From Vicinamibacterales bacterium (GTDB lineage Bacteria > Acidobacteriota > Vicinamibacteria > Vicinamibacterales > G965250185), in the NCBI GenBank assembly GCA_965250185.1, contig OZ252293.1, positions 2,247,862-2,311,861 on the forward strand: a stretch of 64,000 bases of DNA, in the 5' to 3' direction. The notes beneath the pieces were generated by a model. The model was not told the origin of the DNA. It made no database searches and saw only the letters and a program-made list of their open reading frames with translations. Made by a program: the position numbers and the translations under genes. Numbering within the stretch: position 1 is the stretch's first letter; each line of letters opens with the position of its first letter. Positions 9,115 to 19,746 of the stretch are shown here, one piece after another.

Positions 9115-10017
9115 ATGAAGGCATTGGTGACCGGAGCGACAGGATTCGTGGGAAGCCGGCTGGTCGAGCGGCTGGGTGCAGGGACGCTGGTACTGAGTCG
9201 TGACGCCGATGCGGCTCGCCGCGTGCTGCCGGGTGCGACAGTTTTCGCGTGGGATCCACGACGGGGGCCGGCGCCGGCCGAGGCGTTCGAGGGCGTCGAT
9301 GCCGTGTTCCACCTGGCGGGGGAGCCGGTGGCGGGCGGCCGCTGGACCGTGGGGCGCAAGGAACGCATCCGCGAGAGCCGTGTCACCGGCACCCGAAACC
9401 TCGTCGAGGGCATGCGTGCTCTGGAGCGAAAGCCGGCCGTGCTCGTGTCGGCGTCCGCGGTGGGCTACTACGGCTCGCGCGGTGACGACCTGCTCGAGGA
9501 GGATGCGAAACCGGCCGAGGGCTTCCTGGCGGAGGTCTGCCAGGCGTGGGAGCACGAGGCGGCCGAGGCAGAAACGCTCGGGGTTCGGACCGTGATGGCC
9601 CGAACCGGTCTGGTGCTCGGACGGACCGGTGGTGCCCTCAAGCCGATGGCGATGGCATTCCGTTTCGCTCTCGGGGGGCGACTGGGAGATGGCCAGCAGT
9701 GGATGCCCTGGATCCATCTGGACGACGAGGTCGGTGTGCTGCTGCACGCGGCCGGGCACGACGAGGTACGAGGACCGATGAACGTCGTGGGGCCGAATCC
9801 CGTGCGCAACGTCGACTTCACGCGTCTCCTGGCTCACGCCGTCCACCGCCCCGCCATCGCCCACGTCCCGGCGTTCGCCCTGCGCCTGCTGCTCGGCGAG
9901 ATGTCAGAGATTCTGCTCGCGTCCCAGCGGGCCGTCCCGGCCGTCGCGCAGCGCACCGGTTACGCGTTCGAGCACACGGAACTCGGCGCGGCGCTCCAGG
10001 ACATCATGGGGAATTGA
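9115..10017 (+). CDS. TIGR01777/YfcH-like NAD-dependent epimerase family protein (with DUF1731-type C-terminus)
   Basis: MKALVTGATGFVGSRL Rossmann start, GGRWT..K..I..SRV, GDGQQWMPWIHLDD. AAGGAGGG upstream of ATG 9115. Confidence 0.85.
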   Translation: MKALVTGATGFVGSRLVERLGAGTLVLSRDADAARRVLPGATVFAWDPRRGPAPAEAFEGVDAVFHLAGEPVAGGRWTVGRKERIRESRVTGTRNLVEGMRALERKPAVLVSASAVGYYGSRGDDLLEEDAKPAEGFLAEVCQAWEHEAAEAETLGVRTVMARTGLVLGRTGGALKPMAMAFRFALGGRLGDGQQWMPWIHLDDEVGVLLHAAGHDEVRGPMNVVGPNPVRNVDFTRLLAHAVHRPAIAHVPAFALRLLLGEMSEILLASQRAVPAVAQRTGYAFEHTELGAALQDIMGN

Positions 10018-10080
10018 GATTGGAGGGTGCAAGGGCACAGGGGCCCAGGGGGTGAGGCGTGAACATCGTGTAAACATCGC

Positions 10081-10113
10081 GTGACCCCGATCGCATGAAG
10101 CGGTCGGGGTCAC
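10081..10113. terminator. GC-rich hairpin between convergent genes (candidate bidirectional terminator)
   Basis: gtgaccccga-tcgcatgaagcgg-tcggggtcac: perfect 10-bp stem, 13-nt loop. No U-tract. Confidence 0.45.
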
Positions 10114-10147
10114 GCGCGCGGGTCACCGTGTGGTCCGCGACGAAGGC

Positions 10148-11080
10148 CTATCGGGACTTCTCGAGATATGTCAAGAACTCGCTGTCGGTTGCGAGGATGA
10201 ATATCGTGCTCGGGTCCATCGTCTTCTCGTACGACTCGAGCGATCGGGTGAAGGCGTAGAAGTCCGCGTCGCGGTTGTACGCCTCGGCGTAGGTCTCGGT
10301 CGCTTCCGCATCGGCGGTGCCCCGCAGCTCTTCGGCCGTGCGGAATGCTTCGGATGTGATCCGCTGCAGCTCACGCTCGCGCTCGCCGCTGATCCTCGCC
10401 GCCTCGCCGGCACCTTCCGAGCGGTACAGCTCGGCGATGCGTTGGCGCTCGGCGATCATGCGAGCAAACACGTCCTGCTGCACTTCCTCGACGTAGTTGA
10501 TTCGCTTGAACCGGAGGTCGAGCAACTCGATGCCGAGGTCGGCCGTGGGGCCGGACGCACGCGCGAGGATCTCCTGCGCGATCTCCTGGCGGCCCTTCTC
10601 GATCGGCTCGAGGATGGCTTCCTCCTCCTCCGACTCGACCGGGACGTCCTCCGGATTCCGGTTCGTGCTCCGAACGAGCTCGATCAGGTCGTAGCTCGCC
10701 ACGGCGTTTCGCGTCTCGCCGTCGAGGATGTCGTCGAGCCGTGACTGTGCGCCCCGCTCGTCACGCAACCGCTGGAAGAAGCGCAGCGGATCGACGATGC
10801 GCCATCGAGCGTAAGTGTCGACCCAGATGAAGCGCTTGTCCCTGGTCGGCACCTGGTTGGGGTTGCCGTCCCACTCGAGGAAACGCTTCTGGAAGTAGTT
10901 GGTCGACTGGATGAACGGGACCTTGAAGTGCAGGCCCGGCTCCGTGATGGCGTCGCCGATCGGGTCGCCGAACTGCGTGATGATGACCTGCTCGCCCTCC
11001 GGGACCTGATAGGCGGCGCTCGAAAACACCATCAGGCCGGCGACGGCGATCACGATGAGTGTGATGCGACTGGCGTTCAT
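10148..11080 (-). CDS. hflC: protease modulator HflC (SPFH/band-7)
   Basis: N-terminal TM plus band-7 domain. 4-nt overlap with the upstream hflK. Confidence 0.9.
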   Translation of the reverse strand: MNASRITLIVIAVAGLMVFSSAAYQVPEGEQVIITQFGDPIGDAITEPGLHFKVPFIQSTNYFQKRFLEWDGNPNQVPTRDKRFIWVDTYARWRIVDPLRFFQRLRDERGAQSRLDDILDGETRNAVASYDLIELVRSTNRNPEDVPVESEEEEAILEPIEKGRQEIAQEILARASGPTADLGIELLDLRFKRINYVEEVQQDVFARMIAERQRIAELYRSEGAGEAARISGERERELQRITSEAFRTAEELRGTADAEATETYAEAYNRDADFYAFTRSLESYEKTMDPSTIFILATDSEFLTYLEKSR

Positions 11081-12102
11081 TGTCCACCTCCAACGGCGGG
11101 TGCGGGTAACGGAACCGGCGACGTGGTCGATGCGCGGATGCTCTCGAACGGAAGGAGCGGCAAGATGCCTTTCGCGTCCTTGTCGAGGAAGACCTTGCGG
11201 CCCACCCGCGGCAGCACGCGCTCGATGGTCTCGAGATACAGCCGCTGCCGCGTGACCTCCGGCGCGCGTCGGTAGGCGTCATACAGCGCCTTGAACCGCG
11301 TGCTCTCGCCCTCCGCCCGGTTGACTCGGTTGAGTGAGTAGCCCTCGGCCTGCAGGATGGTCTGCAGGGCTTCGCCTCGAGCCCTCGGTATGATCTGGTT
11401 GTACAGGGCTCGCGCTTCGTTGATCATCCGGTCTCGCTGCTGCTGGGCCTGGTTCACCTCGTCCCACGACGGTTTGACCGGGTCGGGCGGGTTCACGTCC
11501 TGGAGTACCACCTGCTCGATCGAGATGCCCATCTCGTACTGTCCCACGAGGGCCTGCAGCCGCTCCTCGACGCGGCTCTCGATCTCCTGACGACCGACCG
11601 TCAGAACCTCGGTGACCGTTCGGTCGCCTACGACCTCCCGCATGACCGCTTCGTTCATGGCCCGGAACGTATCGGTCAGGTTCCTGACCTTGAACAGGAA
11701 GTCGTAGGGATCGGACACTCGGAACTGCACGATCCACTCCACGACCGCCACGTTGAGGTCGCCCGTGAGCATCACGGCCTCGTCCCCGAACGCAGCGCTT
11801 TCGAACCGGCTCCGAACACCGGCTTCGACGGTCCGGAACCCGAACTCCTGCTTCAGTTGCCGCTGGACCGGGACCTTGGTCACCGTTTCGACGAACGGCA
11901 TCTTGGCCCTCAGGCCCGGTTCGGCCGTCCGGGTGTACCGTCCCATCCGCAGGACGACGCCCACCTCTTCCGGATCGATCTGATACAGCGTGTTGAAGAC
12001 CAGCATGACCGCCAGCACGCCCACGACGCCCAGCATGATCGTTCGGCCCGAGGCCGGCGGCACGCGCAAGTTACTGATGTCGATGATGTTGTCGTTGCTC
12101 AT
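11077..12102 (-). CDS. hflK: FtsH protease modulator HflK (SPFH/band-7)
   Basis: TM helix (MLGVVGVLAVMLVFN), band-7 domain, HflK-typical ...ARGEALQTILQAEGY... region. Paired with hflC. Confidence 0.9.
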   Translation of the reverse strand: MSNDNIIDISNLRVPPASGRTIMLGVVGVLAVMLVFNTLYQIDPEEVGVVLRMGRYTRTAEPGLRAKMPFVETVTKVPVQRQLKQEFGFRTVEAGVRSRFESAAFGDEAVMLTGDLNVAVVEWIVQFRVSDPYDFLFKVRNLTDTFRAMNEAVMREVVGDRTVTEVLTVGRQEIESRVEERLQALVGQYEMGISIEQVVLQDVNPPDPVKPSWDEVNQAQQQRDRMINEARALYNQIIPRARGEALQTILQAEGYSLNRVNRAEGESTRFKALYDAYRRAPEVTRQRLYLETIERVLPRVGRKVFLDKDAKGILPLLPFESIRASTTSPVPLPAPAVGGGQ

Positions 12103-12250
12103 TGCATGAATCCCCTTCCAGATACCTCAGGAGCAGCTTAACAGAAGCCCGCCGGTAGGCCGAGTTCTGGTACGCTTCTTCCGGGAGGCGGGCATGGTGG
12201 GCGACATGGTTGTGCATGCACGGGCGCTACACGGCGGTGGAGAAGTGGGG

Positions 12251-12408
12251 CCGTTCAGGCGTTCAAGGGTTCAACGGTTCAGCGATTCGCGGTGGCCCAC
12301 CCAGGCCAAGGCTCCTGCAGGCAGGCCATCCGTCCCGTCCCGTGTCCGTTCCGTGGTGTTCCGTGATCGTTCCGTGTCCGTTCCGTGTCCGTTCCGTGTT
12401 CGTTCCGG
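12251..12408. repeat. composite array: (GTTCAAG-like)x4 arm, unique segment, then ~11-nt (GTCCGTTCCGT-like) tandem array
   Basis: ccgttcaggcgttcaagggttcaacggttcagcg at 12251-12284. ccgtcccgtcccgtgtccgttccgtggtgttccgtgatcgttccgtgtccgttccgtgtccgttccgtgttcgttccgg at 12330-12408. Confidence 0.85.
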
Positions 12409-12417
12409 CGGTGCCCG

Positions 12418-13065
12418 GTGACCCCCGCCGGCTGGTGGGCGCGTGGGTTGCTCTTCGAGAATTGCAGCTGCCAGTCGGTCTGCCCGGGGCACGTGCACTT
12501 CGACCAGCTCTGCACGTACGACCGCTGCGTTGGCTACTGGGCCCTCCGGTTCGACGAAGGCGAATGCGACGGCATCGGGCTCGAGGGCGTGCGCGCCGTG
12601 GTCGTCTACGACTGTCCGCGCCACATGATCGACGGCGACTGGATCCAGACCCTCGTGATCGACGAATCGGCGTCGTCGGACCAGCGCCGCGTCGTCGAGG
12701 CGATTCTGCGAGGCGAGACCGGCGGTCCCTGGACCGTGCTTGCGCGCTTCGTGGGGAGGCGACTCGAGACCCGCTACCGGCCGATCGTGATTCAGGACAG
12801 CGACCGTCGGAAGCGCGTGACGATCGAGGGGTTGCTCGACTCGACGATCGAGGCCATTCGAGGGCGAGACCGCTCGAAGACAGTGACGTTCGAGAACATG
12901 TTCAACCAGATTCACGCCACGTCACAGGTGATCGCCCAGGGTAATGCCACATACGATGATGGAGAGATCGTGTTCGCCAACCAGGGCTCGCATGGGCTGT
13001 ATTCCAGCTTCGAGTGGAAGGTAGGATCGGGGGCCGAGGATCAGGGATCGGGGACCGGCGGCTAG
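12418..13065 (+). CDS. DUF1326 domain-containing protein
   Basis: W.ARGLLFENCSCQSVCPGHV N-terminal Cys motif typical of DUF1326. GTG 12418 chosen because the ORF-track start 12385 lies inside the repeat array. The last ~12 codons (GSGAEDQGSGTGG) are encoded by a GGATCGGGG-type array. Confidence 0.8.
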   Translation: MTPAGWWARGLLFENCSCQSVCPGHVHFDQLCTYDRCVGYWALRFDEGECDGIGLEGVRAVVVYDCPRHMIDGDWIQTLVIDESASSDQRRVVEAILRGETGGPWTVLARFVGRRLETRYRPIVIQDSDRRKRVTIEGLLDSTIEAIRGRDRSKTVTFENMFNQIHATSQVIAQGNATYDDGEIVFANQGSHGLYSSFEWKVGSGAEDQGSGTGG

Positions 13066-13131
13066 GAGGTCGAGGAACCACCAATCACCACCCACCATCC
13101 ACCACCCACCATCCACCACCCACCAATCACC
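13024..13131. repeat. G-rich heptamer arm (13024-13058) followed by CCACC-rich array (13077-13131) abutting the ATG at 13133
   Basis: ggatcgggggccgaggatcagggatcggggaccgg ... ccaccaatcaccacccaccatccaccacccaccatccaccacccaccaatcaccc. Confidence 0.85.
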
Positions 13132-13132
13132 C

Positions 13133-13873
13133 ATGACCAACGCCGTCGAGATCCTCATCCGGCGCGATCGGGCGATCGTGCTGTCGGCGGTGGGCTGCCT
13201 GGTGGCCATCTCGTGGTTGATACTCGCGCTCGGTCATGGGGGTGTCGGCATCGGCTGGGGCGTGTGGCCGTTCGCGGCCGCATTCACGATGTGGATGATC
13301 ATGATGGTGGCGATGATGCTGCCGCCGGTCATGCCGTGGATCACGCTCTTCGCCTCCACGCGCCGGCGTCGAGACGCCGGCCGGCCATTCGGCGAGACGA
13401 CGGTCTTCGTGGCTGGCTACTTCAGCGTCTGGCTGGCGTTCTGCGTCATGGCCGCCGCGGTGCAGCTGGCGCTGCAGGAGTTGACCGTACTGCCTGCTGG
13501 CGCGGGCGCGCTGGACAGGCCCCTCGCGGGGGGTCTGCTCGCGGCTGCGGGCGCGTTCCAGCTGACGCCGCTCAAGGCCGCCTGCCTGCGACATTGCCGG
13601 AGCCCGATCGGCTTCTTCCTGTCACGCTGGCAGGACGGTCCGGTGGGCGCGTGGCGGATGGGCGCGACCCACGGCCTGTACTGTCTCGGCTGCTGCTGGG
13701 CCCTGATGCTGTTGTCGTTCGCGCTGGGCGTGATGAACGTGCTGTGGATGGCGGCCTTGACCTTCACGCTGTGTGTCGAGAAGATCGCGCCAGCCGGCGA
13801 CGCCCTCGGCCGCGCGTTCGGCGTCATGCTCATCTGCTGGGGAGCGTGGATCGTGCTCTCCCAGAACCTTTGA
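13133..13873 (+). CDS. DUF2182 family integral membrane protein (predicted metal-binding)
   Basis: Polytopic. MWMIMMVAMMLPP and CLRHCRSP motifs typical of DUF2182. Classical neighbour of DUF1326. Confidence 0.8.
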   Translation: MTNAVEILIRRDRAIVLSAVGCLVAISWLILALGHGGVGIGWGVWPFAAAFTMWMIMMVAMMLPPVMPWITLFASTRRRRDAGRPFGETTVFVAGYFSVWLAFCVMAAAVQLALQELTVLPAGAGALDRPLAGGLLAAAGAFQLTPLKAACLRHCRSPIGFFLSRWQDGPVGAWRMGATHGLYCLGCCWALMLLSFALGVMNVLWMAALTFTLCVEKIAPAGDALGRAFGVMLICWGAWIVLSQNL

Positions 13874-13893
13874 ACCCTTGAACCCTTGAACGG
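13864..13893. repeat. (CCTTGAA)x4 heptamer arm containing the DUF2182 stop codon
   Basis: gaacctttgaacccttgaacccttgaacgg is the reverse complement of the arm at 12251-12284. Confidence 0.85.
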
Positions 13894-13898
13894 TATTC

Positions 13899-15569
<1,671 letters not shown>

Positions 15570-15671
15570 CGTCGGCACCGGATGTGCCTTCATCGTGTCG
15601 AACATCGTGACCGTATGCCTCGTAAGTACGTGTAGGAACGGGCGCCTCTCTCGCCCCTGGGAGACCACTCG

Positions 15672-16868
15672 ATGCTGACACGGACCCACATCCGGCCTAT
15701 CAGACCGCTGGCGCTGATGGTCGCGACCGCCTGGCTCACGTTCGGCGTGGCCGTCGTACCCGCGGGCGCGACCTCGATCTTCGACGTCTTCGCGCAAGGC
15801 GACCGCGACCGGGATCGCGTCGTGCGGAGTGGGGACAAGGTCAGAATCGGCTCAGGCGTGTCGGTGGACGAAGACGAGGTCGTCATGGGCGATCTCGTGT
15901 CGGTGCTGGGGTCGGCGCGGGTCAATGGGCAGGTGACCGGTGAGGTCGTGGTCGTGCTGGGGAACCTGTTCCTGGGCCCCAACTCGCGCGTGGATGACGT
16001 GACCGTTGTAGCCGGCGAGGTGAGGCGGAGTCCCGGCGCGCGGGTTACAGGAGACTTCACGGAGGTCGGTTTCGGCCGGCTCGGTCGTGACTTATTCGAT
16101 TGGGGCGACGTCCCGAGATTCCGGCTCGGCTTTCCCGAAGGCGCGGGCATTGCGTGGACGGTGTTCCGCCTGCTGTTTCTCGCGATCCTGGTTGCCGCCG
16201 TGGTCTTCGTCGCGCCCGCGACCGTGCGGCGGGTAGCCGGCCACGCCGCCGCTGCGCCCTTGAAGGCTGGGCTCCTGGGGTTCGGCATCCAGATCCTGTT
16301 CGTACCCGTCCTCGTGGTGGTGACGGTCCTGCTGGCGATCTCGATCATCGGAATCCCATTCCTCCTGCTGATTCCGTTCGTCATCCTCGGCCTCTTCGTC
16401 GCCTTGGTCATCGGCTTCAGCGGTGTAGCGTTCGAGGTCGGCCGATGGATCAGGTCTCGTGGCGGCACCGACGCGGGCAACATGTTCGGGATGGCGTTGC
16501 TGGGCGTCGTCGCGGTCGTGGCCTTCGCGCTCGTCGGTCGCGGTGTCGCGCTGGGCGGCGGGCTCTTCAGTTTCTTCGCGGCGATCGTGCTAGCGTGCGC
16601 CTTCCTCATCGAGTATGCCGTCTGGACCGTGGGGATGGGGGCGGTGGCACTGGCGGGTTTCAGCGGCAAACGGTATTCTGCTCGACCGCTGCCGCCCGGG
16701 CCGAGTGATCCGATGGGTGGCGGGGCGCCACCGGCGCCCACGACGCCTTCGGCTCAGATCGGACCACCCGCGGATCCACCGGCGCCAGCGGATTTCGATC
16801 CGGAACTCAGGATCGTCGATGGCGAGGCGCATCCCGCCGAAGGCGACCCACCCGACCGCTCATCGTAG
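15672..16868 (+). CDS. membrane protein with N-terminal beta-helix-like (bactofilin-like) repeat region and Pro-rich tail
   Basis: Signal/TM, repetitive V.G.V stretches (GDLVSVLGSARVNGQVTGEVVVVLGNLFLG), at least 4 TM helices, C-terminus PPGPSDPMGGGAPPAPTTPSAQIGPPADPPAPA. The antisense ORF looks non-coding. Confidence 0.7.
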   Translation: MLTRTHIRPIRPLALMVATAWLTFGVAVVPAGATSIFDVFAQGDRDRDRVVRSGDKVRIGSGVSVDEDEVVMGDLVSVLGSARVNGQVTGEVVVVLGNLFLGPNSRVDDVTVVAGEVRRSPGARVTGDFTEVGFGRLGRDLFDWGDVPRFRLGFPEGAGIAWTVFRLLFLAILVAAVVFVAPATVRRVAGHAAAAPLKAGLLGFGIQILFVPVLVVVTVLLAISIIGIPFLLLIPFVILGLFVALVIGFSGVAFEVGRWIRSRGGTDAGNMFGMALLGVVAVVAFALVGRGVALGGGLFSFFAAIVLACAFLIEYAVWTVGMGAVALAGFSGKRYSARPLPPGPSDPMGGGAPPAPTTPSAQIGPPADPPAPADFDPELRIVDGEAHPAEGDPPDRSS

Positions 16869-16924
16869 GCGTTCGACCCTCGCGCCGTTGTCGCGGCGCG
16901 TTCAAGCCTCCGGTCTCGCGTCCG

Positions 16925-17545
16925 TCATTGCCGGCGCAGCCTCATCACGATCTCGGCCATCACGCCTGCCTCGAACGCTTCGACTATCCGGCGGCGGACG
17001 TCGGGATCCTCCGCGTCTCTCTCTGCCATGCGGATCTCGATGCGACTGGCCAGCGTGAGTCGATCCGCGCGTCTGGCGATGATGAGATCGAGCAGACGGC
17101 TCGAGCCTTCCGGGTCAGGGGTCAGGGATACCCGACCCGAGGCGTCCAGCCGCACGTCGGTTGCGGTTCCGAGCGGCGTCCCTGAGGCTGCTCCAATCTC
17201 CGATATCAGCAAGGTCATCGTGGTCGTCCGACCCGCTCCGTTGGCACCCAGCAACGGTGCGAGGTCGCCCAGGATCTCGAAGCGCAGCCGTTCGATCGCC
17301 GATCCCCGGCGGTCGAACAGGAGGCGATCCTCCAGTCGCTCGACGTCGTCGAGGTCGATGTCCATCGACGAGGTCAGCACGATCCGATCGCCGCTCGCCA
17401 TTCGCCCCGGCGTCGGGGACAACGTGACCTCGAGGGTGACGTCCTCGGTCCCGCCGTTTCGCGGCTGGACCCCCCGTGTCTCCACCGATCCGGCGGCCAG
17501 CCAGATCCCTACTGCGGTCGCGATTGCTCGTGCGCCTGTCGTCAT
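16925..17545 (-). CDS. hypothetical secreted protein
   Basis: Protein-like composition, versus the Ser/Arg-rich antisense ORF 17028..17642. N-terminal hydrophobic segment AIATAVGIWLAAGS. No family recognised. Confidence 0.55.
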   Translation of the reverse strand: MTTGARAIATAVGIWLAAGSVETRGVQPRNGGTEDVTLEVTLSPTPGRMASGDRIVLTSSMDIDLDDVERLEDRLLFDRRGSAIERLRFEILGDLAPLLGANGAGRTTTMTLLISEIGAASGTPLGTATDVRLDASGRVSLTPDPEGSSRLLDLIIARRADRLTLASRIEIRMAERDAEDPDVRRRIVEAFEAGVMAEIVMRLRRQ

Positions 17546-17604
17546 GATCGTCTCCAGCGGGAACTATGGTCTGCCGGGCTTCACCGGTGGTCCGAGCGAT
17601 TGCC

Positions 17605-18135
17605 TCACCTCGTGGACTCGAGAGGCTCTTCGTCGAACTTGATCAGGATGTACATGAACGGCTCGGACGGATCGATGACCAGGTGGTGCGAGACGGCCTC
17701 GGGCACGTGGACGATGTCGCCCGGGTCGAGCGTCTGGCTGCGGCCCCCGCGGATGGCCGAGCCTCGGCGCTGCTTGCGTGGCAGGTGCTGCGGCTCCACG
17801 AGCTCGCCACCAATTACGAACGTGGCCCGGCCCCGCGTGGCGATGTAGAGGTCTGACTCCGTCTCGTGGAACTCCGCGGTCCCGGTCTGTCCGCGGAGCA
17901 CGAGGTAGATCGAGTGGCCCTCGTAGGTGCCGATCGTCTCGTAGATCATCGCCTGGTCGCCCAGCCGCTCCTCGAGCCGGTCGGCGGCCGCTTCGACCCG
18001 GGTGGCGCTCCAGAGCACGTAACCCTCGGGACTTTCCACCGAGTCGGTTGCGGTGGATTGGGCCATCGCGACGGCCGGAGCGAACGCCACCATCGCCACC
18101 ATCGCCACCATCGCCACGAGCAGCAGTCGGTGCAT
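17605..18135 (-). CDS. secreted cupin-domain protein
   Basis: AGGAGG 5 nt upstream of ATG 18135. Signal peptide MHRLLLVAMVAMVAMVAFAPAVAMA. Cupin-like core ...FHETESDLYIATRGRATFVIGGE...GDIVHVPEAVSHH. Confidence 0.75.
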   Translation of the reverse strand: MHRLLLVAMVAMVAMVAFAPAVAMAQSTATDSVESPEGYVLWSATRVEAAADRLEERLGDQAMIYETIGTYEGHSIYLVLRGQTGTAEFHETESDLYIATRGRATFVIGGELVEPQHLPRKQRRGSAIRGGRSQTLDPGDIVHVPEAVSHHLVIDPSEPFMYILIKFDEEPLESTR

Positions 18136-18391
18136 CGAACCTCCTGGAATGACGCCAGGGTAGCAGGCGCGGGCCCATCCGGTCGAGCGTGGGCGATGAC
18201 AATTCTGTAGACGGGCGCCCATATTGTGCCCCCTTGGTGTGCCCAGGCGAGGACGAAGTACCCCAATCTGCGCATGTCCACCCGTGACCGAAAACTGGGC
18301 ACGTTTCTCTAAAGGCAACAGATGCAGCGCGTTCTGGCCGCGCCTCAGATGCGCCGCTGATCTGGTAGCGAACTTGCCTAAGAGAAGGCCG

Positions 18392-19384
18392 ATGGGTAAC
18401 CGTGGACGAACCATTTCGACGCTCTTCTTGCTCGCCGGCCTGCTGCCTATGGCCGTCGGGTGTGCTCCGAGTCGAACGCGGGTCCAGACCGCTCCAGCTT
18501 CCGACATCACCCTGAAGATCCGGCTGGGCAACAGCAAGAACGACAAGGTCGTTCGGGTCCGGCTCGAGGAATACGTCTACGGCGTCGTCATGGGCGAGTC
18601 CTGGGTCCCCAAGGAGACGCCGGCCGTGCAGAAGCGGATGCTGAAGCTCCAGGCGCTGCTGGCGCGCACCTACGCGATCTCGAACTTGCGTCGGCACGCG
18701 AAGGAAGGCTTCCATCTCTGCTCGACGACCCACTGCCAGCTCTATCGACCGCCGACGAAGCGAACGGCGGTGACGGAGATCGCGCGCGTGGCGGTCATCG
18801 AGACTGCCGGGCGGCTCATCGTCGACCGTCACAATGGACGGCCAATTCAGACTCTCTTCCACGCGAGCTGTGGCGGCCACACCAGCGGCGCCGAGACCGT
18901 CTGGGGTGGCACCGGTGCCTCGAACCTGCGGCCGGTCAAGGATGCCTTTTGCACGCGGGAGGCTCACGCGCACTGGCAGTTCGAGATCGACCGGAAGCGG
19001 CTCAGTGACGCGTTGAATCGCCGTCGGGCCACGAAGGTGGGTGGCACGGTCAAGGAAATCAAGGTCATTGCGCGAGATGCGGGTGGTCGCGCCCAGCGCG
19101 TCCGGATCAAGGGCAATCGCACCATCGAGGTACGTGGCGAGGATCTTCGGTCGGCGCTCACCAGTGCGTTCGGCGTTCGGACGATCAAGAGCACTCGGCT
19201 CGAGGTGCGACGACGCGGCGGAACGTTCGTGTTCGCCGGCGCAGGCTTCGGGCACGGTGTCGGGCTGTGCCAGGCCGGCGCCCTTTCACAGGCACGCCGG
19301 GGTCGCAGCACCGACGAGATCGTCCGCTTCTACTACGCCGATGCGCGCATCGAGTCGAAGCCGCGTGTCCTGCTCGCGAACTGA
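18392..19384 (+). CDS. SpoIID/LytB domain protein (lipoprotein)
   Basis: LARTYA...HCQLYRP, FHASCGGHT and GFGHGVGLCQ.GA motifs. Lipobox LLAGLLPMAVGC from ATG 18392. Confidence 0.85.
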   Translation: MGNRGRTISTLFLLAGLLPMAVGCAPSRTRVQTAPASDITLKIRLGNSKNDKVVRVRLEEYVYGVVMGESWVPKETPAVQKRMLKLQALLARTYAISNLRRHAKEGFHLCSTTHCQLYRPPTKRTAVTEIARVAVIETAGRLIVDRHNGRPIQTLFHASCGGHTSGAETVWGGTGASNLRPVKDAFCTREAHAHWQFEIDRKRLSDALNRRRATKVGGTVKEIKVIARDAGGRAQRVRIKGNRTIEVRGEDLRSALTSAFGVRTIKSTRLEVRRRGGTFVFAGAGFGHGVGLCQAGALSQARRGRSTDEIVRFYYADARIESKPRVLLAN

Positions 19385-19387
19385 CAC

Positions 19388-19505
19388 GGGCTCGAGCCGC
19401 TCGCTCGGACTCTGGGCTCGGCTTTCGGTTTGCAGTCTTCAGTCTTCAGTCTTCAGTCTTTCACGCCCTGAGCCCTCGGGCCCTGATCCCTGATCCCCGA
19501 CCCCC
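19388..19505. repeat. mosaic array: GGGCTCG-like units, (CAGTCTT)x4, then GCCCTGA/TCCCTGA heptamers
   Basis: gcagtcttcagtcttcagtcttcagtctttc at 19432-19462. acgccctgagccctcgggccctgatccctgatccccgaccccc at 19463-19505. Confidence 0.85.
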
Positions 19506-19715
19506 GGTATTGGGCGTGACCACCAAGCCCCCCGTGGCGCTGACCGGCGCCAAGGTGCGGCCCACGGTGAAGACATCGAACGGCGCCGAAGCCTCGGTTC
19601 GTCGGGACGCAGCTCCGGGTACCGTACGCGTCCGTGAAAACACCTCGAAGGGCCCGGCGAAATCGAGTACCTCGACGTCGTCGAATATCAGGATGCCGAC
19701 GGCGACTAGTGGCAT
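19461..19715 (-). pseudogene. DJ-1/PfpI (GATase1-like) family gene, N-terminal ~70 codons only, reading into a repeat array
   Basis: MPLVAVGILIFDDVEVLDFAGPFEVFS...FDVFTVGRTLAPVSATGGLVVTP matches the first third of DJ-1/PfpI proteins. The nucleophile-elbow region is absent and the ORF ends as GGRGSGIRARGLRA, encoded by the heptamer array. Confidence 0.65.
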
Positions 19716-19746
19716 GGTCGGGCACCCGGCATGATCCCATCACCCG

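Noticed and set aside
8952-9413. N-terminal 154-aa extension of the glpF ORF (ORF track 8148..9413), and the antisense ORF 8956..9864.
   Set aside because: The extension is Arg/Pro/Ser-rich with no TM or domain, and it overlaps the well-supported plus-strand epimerase gene. A strong GAAGGAGG precedes the internal ATG at 8951.
12194-12515. Small ORFs across the 12.2-12.5 kb repeat region (e.g. 12194..12421, 12279..12515).
   Set aside because: They are encoded by tandem repeats (VPFRVRS-type periodic peptides), have no start context, and overlap each other in several frames.
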